Shown here: piece by piece, positions 11,532 to 25,500 of the stretch | How positions within the stretch are numbered: position 1 is the stretch's first letter | Layout of the letters: each line of letters opens with the position of its first letter | Assembly: GCA_009781225.1 (NCBI GenBank) | Contig: WQYN01000001.1 | Location: forward strand, 1 to 43,781 | Source: Micrococcales bacterium | GTDB taxonomy: Bacteria > Actinomycetota > Actinomycetes > Actinomycetales > WQXJ01 | Length of the DNA stretch: 43,781 nucleotides | Direction: 5' to 3' | Position numbers and translations under genes: made by a program | The notes under the pieces: generated by a model | Seen by the model: only the letters and a program-made list of their open reading frames with translations | What the model was told of the DNA's origin: nothing | Database searches by the model: none

Positions 11532-13089
11532 GTGCCCGTGTCGAGCTCGACCGAAGCCAAGGCCGGCTTCGAGCACCCCCACGCCGGGGGGGTGCCGCTG
11601 ACGCGGCGAGCCATTCGGGAGGCTCGCGAGCAGGGTCGGGATCTTGCCGTTGCTCACACCGTGGCTTCGCCACACGCGCCCGATGTCCCTCGTTTCAAGC
11701 CGGTCCCCACACCCCCCGACATGGTCAAGGCACGCGCCGGCTCCTTCCCGCAGCTGTGCCGACCCCCCGCCCACCTGGTGCCCCGGGCCCACCGCCGCAG
11801 CCTCGAGCTGAAGTCGGAGGTGGTGGACGGCGCCTCCTTCTTTGCCCAGCGGTCAGTCAAGCCCTTGACGGTCGCTGCGGCCGCAGCGATGGCGGCAAGC
11901 TTCCTCGTTGCCCAGGGCGCGGCGCCCGACGATTCCACCCTCGACCCGACGGGGAACCACCGAGGCCTGGAGATCAACGCACTCACACCCCTGCGCGACG
12001 CCGTTGAGCGGGCGGCGCGCCGCGACATCAACGCTCAGGTCTCCCGCTCAGGTGCGCGGGTCAAGCCAGAGTCTGATGTGGGGATAACCAACCGGTCCGA
12101 TGCCGCGATCACCGTCGCCTGGACCAACCCGGATCTCGGCAAGGCCGACCGGGTCGCCGTGCGTCGCACCGAAGGCCGCGATGGCGCCAAGACCGTCAAG
12201 GAAGGTGAGAGTGTCCCGCTCGAGGACACCCACGCGGACTTCGCCGTCGACTCAGGCCTCACGCCTAACACCGTCTACACCTACACCGTCTTCATCGTCT
12301 CCGATGATGCCAAGCCGATGATTGCGGCGAACGTCACAGCGAAGACCCGCCGCTTCCCCGTCGAGCTCGGCCCCGGTGACACCCTCATCCCCGGCGAAAA
12401 GCTCGTCTCCCCAGACGGCTCCTACGCCCTGGCGGTCTCCGGGACCGGAGCGCTCGAGCTGCGCAATCCCAACGGCGTGCGCGTGTGGACCCCTTCCATC
12501 ACCTCTCCGAACACCCGCACCACCCTCAGCATGGACAGCGGCGGAGAGCTTCGTCTTCACGACAAGGCCGACACCTTGTGGGCCACCCAGACGGACGGCA
12601 ACCCCGGCGCGGCGATGCGTCTGACGAACGATGGCGACATCCAGCTCTGGGCGGGACAGACTCTCCTGTGGCATCGCGGCCGCGTCAGCGACATCGCTCT
12701 CGGGGACGACTACCCCTTCCGTGGCGGCAGCCCGCTGGGCTACTCCCCGTCCAACTGCACCGACTTCGCCGCCTGGCGCCTGAACAAGTACGCGGGCGTG
12801 ACGTCCTCACCGTGGCGCTTCACCCGCAACTCGATGACTCCCAATGGTGGGAACGCCATCCAGTGGGCGGGCCACTTCCCGAACCAGACCGACGGGATCC
12901 CGGCTCTCGGCGCCGTCGCCTGGTGGGGCGCTAACACGGGACGGGGTCGCGGCCATGTCGCGATCGTCACCGCCATCCACGGCGATGGGTCGATCACGAT
13001 CGAGGAGTACAACTTCTACAACTCCCACGCCTTCGGAGCCCGTCGCCTCTACCCCGGACGCAGCGACTGGCCGACCCGGTTCATCCACA

Positions 13090-13106
<17 letters not shown>
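11532..13106 (+). CDS. Membrane-anchored or secreted cell-wall hydrolase: TM segment, FN3-like domain, bulb-lectin-like domain, C-terminal CHAP amidase/peptidase domain
   Basis: ORF 11526..13106. The GTG at 11532 lies 6 nt after AGGAG, and the TTG at 11526 is an alternative start. TM segment [23 protein letters not shown]3-like segment [23 protein letters not shown]. Three-lobed lectin-like segment ([14 protein letters not shown] / [13 protein letters not shown] / [12 protein letters not shown]). CHAP signature with catalytic Cys ([11 protein letters not shown]) and His ([16 protein letters not shown]). Confidence 0.8.
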
Positions 13107-15942
<2,836 letters not shown>

Positions 15943-15970
15943 CGGGCCATCCTAGGGCGCCGAACCGCCG

Positions 15971-15986
15971 TCGAACAAGTGTTCGC
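15971..15986. promoter_or_regulatory. LexA (SOS) box upstream of uvrA
   Basis: TCGAACaagtGTTCGC matches the actinobacterial/mycobacterial SOS-box consensus TCGAAC-N4-GTTCGA at 11 of 12 positions. It lies 29-44 nt upstream of the uvrA GTG. Confidence 0.7.
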
Positions 15987-16399
15987 TTCCCGGCGTGTCG
16001 CCGGCGCTCTGTGTCCATATACCGAGAGGGCTCTGCGGTGTCAGTAGGTATTATTTCGCAGTCGATGAGTATTACTACGAGCTTGAGCTGCGCGAGACAG
16101 CGCCGATGGAATATCGTCGTTGCTGGTGAGCGAGGACTTCGCCGTTCTCAACCCGCCGCGGTACTGAATGCGAGTGCGATCCACAAGAAATCTCGCGTGA
16201 TGCCCCGTGACCAGGCGGGTCTCATCCCATGAGAGTCGCAATCCCGAGCGGCCCTCAGCCCACCCGCATTAGCGGAACCGGGTTGTCTGGCGGAATGTAA
16301 GGGCGCACGGTCACCGAGGCCCTACCACCAGCAGATGTCGGTTCCACTTGTGAGATAGGCGACAAGACCCCATACCCTCGAAGAACAAGGATCACGAGA

Positions 16400-16558
16400 A
16401 TGACGTCCCGTCCCGCGCAGCCGCGCTCTCAGCACTTCCGCTTGGACCCCCATCTGCCCCGCCCCGGTCGCCGTCTAGCCGCCACCTTGGCCACCGCCGC
16501 CCTTGTCATGGGTGGCGTCGTTGGCATCGACGTGGTCCGTCCTACCCCCGCCGAGGCC
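16400..16558 (+). other. Signal peptide of the giant adhesin
   Basis: Basic N-region (RPGRR), hydrophobic core LAATLATAALVMGGVVGI, and a likely AEA-F cleavage site around aa 53. Confidence 0.6.
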
Positions 16559-19500
16559 TTTGCTCCGTTCCCGATCAACGACATCAGCAACGGCTCCTAC
16601 ACGCCTAGCATGTGGACCACCAACTACGCCCAGCAGTGCCTGGGCGCCGGCGACGTCCCCTTCTCACGCACCTCCGACAACTGGATGCGCATGACCTTCG
16701 GGACGAGGAACTGTCGCGCCAACATGCTCACGACCCAGTCCTTCCCGTCGACGACGGGCCTGTCGATCTCGTTCGACTACCGCATGGTCGGACGCATGGA
16801 GGTCGACGGCAAGGCGGGCGACGGCTTCTCTGTCTACCTCTCCAACGGCAGTCAATCGTCGGTCACGGCGGGTGGACCCGGTGGCGGCCTTGCTTACGCG
16901 CGCCACATCCACTCGGTGACGGGTACGAGTCCGGGTGTCTTAGGTGGCTTCATGGGAGTCGGGATTGACGCCTACGGCAGTTACTCCTCGACGGAGGAGG
17001 GCCGAACGGGCGGCAATATGTCGATCTATGGGCGACCCGCGATTGGTCTGCGCGGCTCGGGTAACGGCAACGGCCCCACCGACGCCCTCTACCCCTGGGT
17101 GAACGGGGCGGTCGTATCGAACCTGACGACGGGATCGTCCGGTACGCCTGACCCGTCAACGCAGTCGACCTCGACTTACCGCAGAGTTAACGTCACGATT
17201 AACCCCGTCAACCCCGGCCTGTTGGAAGCAGTGGTCTCGATCTCCCCGTCGACCGTTAAGAACCAACAGCCCACCTCGATGACCAGGGTCTTCACCGGGA
17301 ACTTGGCTGGGGTCTACGCCCAACAGCCGCTCCCCGCGACCCTCAAGCTAGGCATCGGCGCCTCGACGGGCATGGCCTCCGCGATCATGGACATCAAGAA
17401 CGTGATTGTCACCGCCCTCACGGACGCGGCCGCGAGCGGCTCCATGGTGACGCCGGGCTATCCGGGCTTGGACGCCCCCGCCTTCCTTGTCGGCGACACG
17501 GTGACCTGGAATCTCACGGCTACGAACCACGGGCCCAGCCGGATCGGTGATCCTCCGAACGGCGTGGCGGTGCTCTATGACGACGTCTCCTCGGTCTTTG
17601 ACACGGTCTCTTGGACCTGTACCCCCTCGGGTGGGGCGACCTGCGGGACCACGAGCGGCACCAGCCCGATCATTCGAACCACCTGGTATGGGCCCGCCGG
17701 ATCCTCGGTAACAATCCAAGCCACAGGCACCGTCAAGAACGGTGCCGCCGTCGGGGACCACGACTTGGGTGGTGTGATCCCCACCGATTTCGCGAATAAC
17801 ACGGTGGCGCCCGGGAGCAACTTCATCACTCTCGATGGGTCCATTGGTGACGTCAACCTCGACAACAACACCGTCCGACTCCCCATCAAGGTCGTCAACG
17901 CCAACCTCTCCTTTGACCTGACCGCCTCCCCGACCGCGCCCACGAGCTATGTCGTGGGCCAGGCGATCCAGTTCACCCACACGGTCTCCAACCCGGGCGC
18001 CTCCCCCATCACCGGCATCACGATCATTCCCGAGTCCTTTACTCCCGCGGGTGCCGCAGTCCTTCCCGGACCCCTGACGTGGAACTGGCCCGGGGCCGCC
18101 GGGACTCTCCAGCCTGGACAAACGGCGACCGCGACCGCGACCTATGTCTTGACGCAGGCTGACGTGAACACAGGCAGCCTCACCTATGTGGCCCATGCCG
18201 AGGCAGTTTCTGTCAACTCCTTCCCCTTGGTCTCGCCCCCGCGAACGGTCACCTTGAACTCGAACCTGCCCTCCTGGGGGAACTCCAGTGTGTCGATCAC
18301 CCAGGGACCTAGGCAGGCCGATGGGGTTGACTCCCACACGGTCACCGTCATTCTTCGCGACGCCAACAACCAGCCCGTCGTGGACCGCACGGCCATCATC
18401 ACCAAGTCCGTGGACCCCTCGGCTGGGGTGACCCTGGGCACGACCCTCCAGGGACCGCCGGGGACCTACACCTTCACCGTGGTCTCCACCTCCGCCGGCA
18501 CCAAGAACGTGACCGTGGGATACCCCGGTCTCTCGCCGTGGCCGTCGCTTCCCGCCCTCTTTGTCGCCGGTCCTCCCTCTCCTTTGAAGTCGTCGTTTGT
18601 TATCGTCCCGAGCACCCTTCCCGTCGGCGAGACCGCAACGGCGCGAGTCACTCTCATTGACGCCTATGACAACCCGCTCATCGGAGAGGTCATCAGCTTC
18701 ACAGCCGACCAAAACGGACTCATCTCGGGGACGCAGACCGCCACGACCAATTCCAGCGGTGTCGCCGAGCTCCCCCTCACAACGACCCAGGCTGGCCTCT
18801 ACACGGTTCACGCACGCCGAGGAACGACCGAGCTCTCCGACTCCCCCAAGGACGTCACCTTCACCGCCGGGCCTCCCTGTACGGCGACGATGACCTCCGA
18901 CGTGGAACCCCTGACGACGGGAGTCAAGGTCGCCGACATGGTCGACACTCACTCGGCCAAGGTCACCTTGCGCGACTGCGCTGGCAACCCGACGCGGGAC
19001 TGGGCCGTCACCTTCTCCCTGGTCGGAGCCAATCCTTCGGGTACTGGTTTGACCATTACGACCGATTCTAATGGCGAAGCTCGGCTGAACTTCGCGTCGG
19101 ATTCATATCGGACGCACACAGCGACTCTCCGCGCTCAATTCACGGTCGCCACCACCAACTATCAGATTCCTGTCAAGGGCTCGCCAACTGTTTATGTTCT
19201 AAACTTTGATTTCGCGACGAATCCTCCTTCGCCCGACACGACATGGTATGACTTGTCGACGGGAACGAGAATTGCCAACGGAAGCGATGCCCACACGATC
19301 ACCGTGTTGTTGCGCGACTCGAACAATAATCCTATCTCGGGGCAAGAGACATGGCTTTCTGCGACCGCTGCCGGTCGCGCCGGTCAAGGCAACGCCACTG
19401 TTACTGCCTTCGCGGAAACCTCGACACCGGGCCGGTACACCGCCTCCGTCACCTCGACGGCCCAGGGCATCAAGGACGTCACCGTCTCCTGGTCCTCCCA

Positions 19501-22500
19501 GGGGCTGCCGCCAGCCATGCCCATCTCCCCGCTCGTCGCGGGGCGTACGACGCTCGAGTTCGTCTACTCCTCGTCGACTGTTCACTTGATCAGCGTCACC
19601 AAGGCCCCCGCTGGACCCTTGACGGCCGATGGCGTGCAGGCCTACACCGTGACGGCGGTCATCCAGGACGCCCAGGGCAACGGCCCGGCCGACATGGTCG
19701 CGCTGCTGGGTCGATCCCTGACCGCCGGTGATCCTCGCGGCGTTGTCATCTCCCAGATCACCCCTGTCGCCGGCTCGCCTGGCTCCTACTCCTTCACGGT
19801 GACCTCCACCTCGAGTGGGGACAAGACCCTGACCGTCACCTTCGACCCACCCGGTGGTGCTCAGGAGAGCGGAAGCGTGGTTCTCGGGTTTGTCCACGGC
19901 CCGCCCGATCCGAACCACTTCACGCTCACCTCGACCACGCGGTCCACGGTCAAGCAGCCCAACGGAACCGAATGGCATGACGCGACCATCACGATCTATG
20001 ACGCCTTCGACAACCTCGTGACCACGCCCGCCGACCAGACCGCGGTCTCCTTCCAGCTCATCTCCGGCACCGGAGCACGCTTCGCCGCCGGCTATCCCAA
20101 CTCGGGGACCACCTCCAATGGCACGCTCACGACGAGGATCGTTGCTGACGTGCCTACGGATGCCGTCATCGGCGGCATGGCCGGAACCTTTGTGATTCTC
20201 TCCGGCGGTGCGCCCGCGCGTCTCACCCTGCCCTTCCGGTGGGGTATCTGCGTCACCGATCCTGACCAGTGCATCCCGCCGCCCTGCGACGACCCGGCTC
20301 TGACCTACTACACCCTGGCTCCTGCCGGACCGCTCGCCGTGGGGTCCGGGACGTACACCATCACCGCGCGTCTGCTCGCCCCCAACTGCATCGACCCCAT
20401 GACGGGCCAGGCACAATACCTATCGGCAACCGCCATCGACACCCTCAATGCGGCGATGGAGTACCGCGGGACAGTCACAGCCTTCACGGAAACCTCGCCT
20501 GGCAACTACACCGCCTCAATCACGGCGACGAAGGCCGGCATCAAGCAGGTGGCGACCCAGTGGTCGTACACCACGACCACCCAGGTGATCCCTCCGCTCA
20601 ACCCGCCTAACCGTTCCACCGTCGAGTTCATCGCTGATCCTGACCCGGACTGGACCAAGTCCTGGTATGAGGTGAGCTCCGGCGAGCGGGCGGCCGATGG
20701 GGTCGAAGCCCACCAGGTCAACGTGACCCTCGTCGATCGCTACGACAACCCGGTGATCGGGGCCGCAAGTCGCCTCGCCGGCTCCTCGACGCTCATCGCG
20801 ACCGGCCAGGCGAACCTCGTCACCTTCGGAGCGTTCTCCATGGTGTCCCCGGGCGTGTACCGCGCCTCGATCACCTCGATGACCTCAGGCGTCCACCGAA
20901 TCTACGTGACCCTCGATAGGATCCCCGCCTCGGCGGGGCGTGACGATGTCCCCTTCCAGGTCAACCGGGATGCCACATTCCGGGCGGTGACCCCCGGATG
21001 GGCACGGCTCACCGTGACCGGCGGGCCCAGCCAGGCCGTGGAAACCGGCACCTACACCCTCCAAGTCGAGGTTCTTGACCGCGCTGGCGGCAACCCGGTG
21101 GACGGCATCCCCGTGACTCTGGGTCTGTCCGGAGCCGCAGCGGGACAGCCGTACTTCACCGAGGTCGGCAACCCCTCCCCGCAGGTCACCAAGACCACGG
21201 GAACCGCCGGCATTGTCACAGTCCAGGTGAAGTCGACGAAGTCCGGAGAGTTCCCGGTCTCGGTGACGATCCCGGGTCTTGGGACGATTCTCGGCCTTCC
21301 TGCCACCCTCATCTTCACCCCTGGCGACGTTGACCTCACGGCTTCCCGCCTGTGGACCGATGACACCGGCGCCCGGTATGCCGATGGCCAGTCCTACTAC
21401 ACGGTCAACGTCGAGCTGCTTGACCGCTTCGGCAACAAGGTTCCCGGCAAGTCCGTCGAGTTCATTCCCTCAGCCCCCGGCCAGGCAATCTCTCCCGATC
21501 CTGCGGACCGTCGCTCGGGTCCTGATGGGCGCGTGAGTGTCCACGTCGTCTCCTCGGCAGTGGGCCCGGTGGTCGTGACCGCTCGGGCCGAGGGAGCCCT
21601 CCTGGTTCTTCCCTCCGGTGGACCGCAGCAGGTCAACCTCATGTTCGTCGCCAAGGACATCGACTACAACCAGTCCTTCTTCACCCTCCCCACCGATGCC
21701 GACAACAAGGTCGCAGGGAACTCAGCGGATCCCCACAAGATCCTCATTTGGATCTACGACTCCTCCGGCAACCCCATTGACCTCTGCGTCGACTCCCAGG
21801 GGCTGCCCGCTCCCTGCCGCTTTGACCAGCTGGCGGGTACGGCACTCGGCCCCGAGGGCAACGGTGTGATTGGCGCCTTCCGCAAGGCTCTGCCCTCGGA
21901 GGTTCCTGGCTCCGGATATGACGGTTCGCAGTACATCGCGGACATCACCTCCATCACCTCGGGCATCAAGCAGATCAGCCCCAGCTATGCCGGAAACTCC
22001 TTCAGGCCTCTCCAGATTGGCCGCGACAAGGTGACCTTCATCGCCGGTCCCCCGTCGCAGACCAACTCGAGCTACACGGTCTCGACAACGCCTCGCGTCG
22101 TCGCCGACGGTGTGAGCACCCAGACCGTGACCGCGCAGCTGCGCGACGCCAACGGCAATCCCTGCACCGGGTTTGCTACCTCCCTTCAGGGGCAGGCACC
22201 CCCGGCGATCGTCGGAGGCTTTACTCCGATTGACAGCCAGCCGGGCTTCTACATCGCCTCGATCACCTCACGGGTTGCTGGGTCTCACCCGGTGACCGTG
22301 GCGCTCAACGCCGCGCCCATCGCCCAGTTCACCCTGGCAGGTAGCGGCAACACCCTCGCCACCTTCGTGGCGGGCGACCCCGATCCCTCGAAGTCAACCC
22401 TCGTCGTGACCCCCACCTCCCAGGAGGTCGGGCTCAACGTCACCGCAACCATCACGGTCCGTGACGCCGAGGACAACCCCGTCCCCGGCACGGCCGTGAG

Positions 22501-25500
22501 GATCTCCGCGGCGCCCCCGACAGTTCCTGGATTCCCGGGCGGCTACCTCACCGCCACCTCCGACGCCAATGGCGTTGCCCAGATGGTGTTCACCACCACG
22601 AAGGCCGGCCTGATCTCGGTGACCGGCGAGCTTGCCGTCACCCAGCGTGAGGTCTCTGGCTCCCCTGTTCCCGTTACGTTCCGGGCGGGAGCGCCCTATG
22701 CGGCGACCCTCGTCAAGACGAGCCCTGCCGACAAGCTCGCGGCCAGCGGCACGGTCCGCCACTCCGCGAAGCTGACGCTCGTTGACCGTTACGACAACCC
22801 CATCGGTGGACAGACCATCGACTTCTCCCTCTCCGGGCTCACCGGGGCCACACTCATCCCAGCCGGCGGCGTCACCACGTCCGCCGATGGTGAGGCCCTC
22901 GTGGAAGCCCACTCGACTGCCGTGGGCCTCGCGACCCTGACCGCGCAGGTCCGCGGCTTAACTGTCCCGGTCACTCCGCCATCGATCACCTTCGAGTGGA
23001 TCAATGCGCCCGGGCCGGCCACCGTCACCTTTGATCTGACGACCGGAACACGCGTCGTCGGGGATGCGGCCAATCCGCACCGGGTGACGATCACGGTCAA
23101 GGACTCCAACGGTGTGCCCATCCAGGGCATCGAAGACCAGATTGCCATTACTGCAGGTGATGCGACGATCGGCGACGTCCGGGAGACCTCCACGCCGGGT
23201 GTCTACACGGCACCAATCACGGCCACCGTGGCGGGAACCAAGACCGTCCAGGTGTCCTACGGAACCAACACCGGCCAGCCGGAAGTCCCCGGGCGCAACA
23301 CGGTCACCTTCGTGGCCGGCACCCCCTCGGCTGACCGCTCCTCGATCTGGGTAACGACGGGAACCCGCGTCGCCAATGGCGTCGCGTACCACGTCGTCAC
23401 CGTTGACCTCCGTGACGAGTGGGACAACCCAGTCTCTGGCTGGGCGACCACCCTGGGCCAGCCGGGCATGACCCCGACGATCGGCCGCACGGTCACCTCC
23501 TTCGATCCCGACCCGGCGGGCGAGGGCCGCTACCTGGCCCAGGTCACCGCCATCGTGGCAACGGACTACACCGCGATCGTCCGTATCCCGGGAGTTGGCG
23601 ACATCCCCGCCAAGGGCAACAACGTCATCGCCCGCTTCGTGGCCGGTCCGCCATCGCCCGACCGCTCGGAGCTCGTGGCACTGACCTCGGGCGACCGGTA
23701 TGCCGTGAGCCAGGAGCATGTCGTGCGTCTGACCGTGCGCGATGCCCAGGGCAACCCGATCCCCTTGGCTACGGCGACGATCTCCACCGTTCCGCCCCTC
23801 TCCCTGCCGGGCGGAGGCCAGGTGACCACCGACACCGCGGGTGTCGCGGACCTCGCCTTCACCTCGCCGGTCGCGGGACTCTATACCGTCCACGCAGCTA
23901 TTGACCTCCTCACCGGCGGAACCGTCGCCCCCCAGGGCTCGGGTGTGGTTCAGGTTCGCTTCATCACAGGCAACCCCTCCACCGCCAACTCCTTCTTCGA
24001 GGTCTCTCAGCGAGCCGACCAGATCGCCAATGGCGGTCCCACCCACTTCCAGACGGCCACCCTCTTCCTCGCGGACTCCAACAATGTCCCGATCGCCGGG
24101 CGTGCCGACCAGATCGACGCGTGGTTCGTGCCCGCAGGCCCGACCTTCACCAAGGTTGCTGGCATTGACTGGGTGGAAGACACCGCCGCTGGTCCTGGCT
24201 GGTATCGCGCGACCATCGTGTCCCTGAAGTCCGGTGACTTCGCGATGAAGGCTCAGGTCGGAAGCACCGCGATCAATGTCAAGCTAAACGCCAATGACAT
24301 TGCCTCCTTCATCCCCGGACCCGGCGATCCTTCCCGCTCCATCTTGTCCGTCGACAAGACGACCGCCCAGGTCGGCGAGCAGGTCGTTGCGACCGTCCAG
24401 GTCTATGACGTCAATGGCAACCCCGGCGCCGGGCAAGTCGTCGAGCTGTGGACCGTTGAGCGCGACCCGATCGGCGGAAGCCCGTACCTCAGGCTCCGGG
24501 CCGGAGCAGACGGCAAGGTCTCCTTCATCTTGTCCACGACCAAGGCCGGCACCTACACCGTCTACGCCGGACTCCTCCTCGATGAGAACAACCCGCCTGT
24601 CCAGGTCATCAACTCTGGTCAGATCGACGTGACCTGGCTTGCCGGTCCGGTGTCGGTGTTGCGTACGTCGTTGGATGGTTCGTCGGGTGTTCGTGTTGCT
24701 GATGGTGTTGCTTATCATGAGGCTGTTGTGGTTGCTCGTGATGAGTTTGGTAATACGTTGTCTGGTGTGCCTGTTGTGTTTGAGTTGACGGGTGTTGGTC
24801 AGGTTGCTGCTGGTTATGCGGTGTCTGATGTGACTGGTTCGGATGGTTCGTTGACGGTGCGTTATGTGTCGTCGTTTGTGTTGGGTTCGGCGGAGTTGCG
24901 TGCTCGTGTTGGTTCGGGTGTGTCGTCGTTCTTGGTGACGGATAATGCTCCGGTTCCTGCGGTTAAGGTGTTGTATTGGTCGTGGGAGAATTCTGGTCCT
25001 CCTGGGTCGAATTCGTATTTCGTGGTTCCTACGGATACGAAGCGTGCTGATGGTGTGGCGTCGCATACGGTCGAGGTGGTGTTGGCTACGGATCAGGGTG
25101 CGCCTGTTGTTGGTGAGCAAGCCAATATTGATGTGCGGGTGAATCCTGTTGCTGGATCGCCGACTCAGCCGTCTGGTACGACGTGGACGGTGGGTTCGGT
25201 TTCTCAGAAGCCTGGTGAGCCTGGCCATTATGTGGTGTCGGTGACATCGACGTATGCTGCGACGTTCAGGGTTGAGGTGTTGTACAAGTCGATGTCGTTG
25301 CCTGCGAATCCGGTGGGTCGTGACACGATCACGTTTACTGCTGGGGATCCTGATCCGGGTAAGTCTGGGTTTGTGGTCTCGTCGACGTTGGGTGTGAAGG
25401 CGAATGGTACTGATTTCCAGACGGTGACGGTGACGTTGCTGGATGGGTTCGGTAACGGGATCGCTGATCAGGTGTTGACGACGTCTGCTGTGGTGAACAA

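Noticed and set aside
16011-16241. Small ORFs (73 aa on plus, 66 aa on minus) in the uvrA-adhesin intergenic region
   Set aside because: They overlap each other on opposite strands. They have no RBS, no recognisable motifs and atypical composition. I treat this as leader or promoter DNA, although a small RNA or peptide cannot be excluded.
17348-18952. Long antisense or alternative-frame ORFs throughout the window. Examples are 17348..18952(-), 19199..20416(-), 22958..24046(-), 30719..31984(-), 38265..40547(+), 40748..42442(+), 3353..4303(+), 10022..11041(+), 12844..13701(+) and 14773..15654(+).
   Set aside because: These are typical shadow ORFs of high-GC DNA. They are Arg/Gly/Pro/Asp-rich with no recognisable motifs. 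Each fully overlaps a confidently identified conserved gene on the other strand or frame.
24284-25228. 314-aa minus-strand ORF with an extremely low-complexity R/T/H/N/I-rich translation
   Set aside because: It lies antisense to the adhesin gene. It stays open only because the plus strand here is nearly devoid of A at codon position 3, so TTA/CTA/TCA (antisense stops) are almost absent. It has no start context or recognisable domain, and is a by-product of the compositional anomaly.
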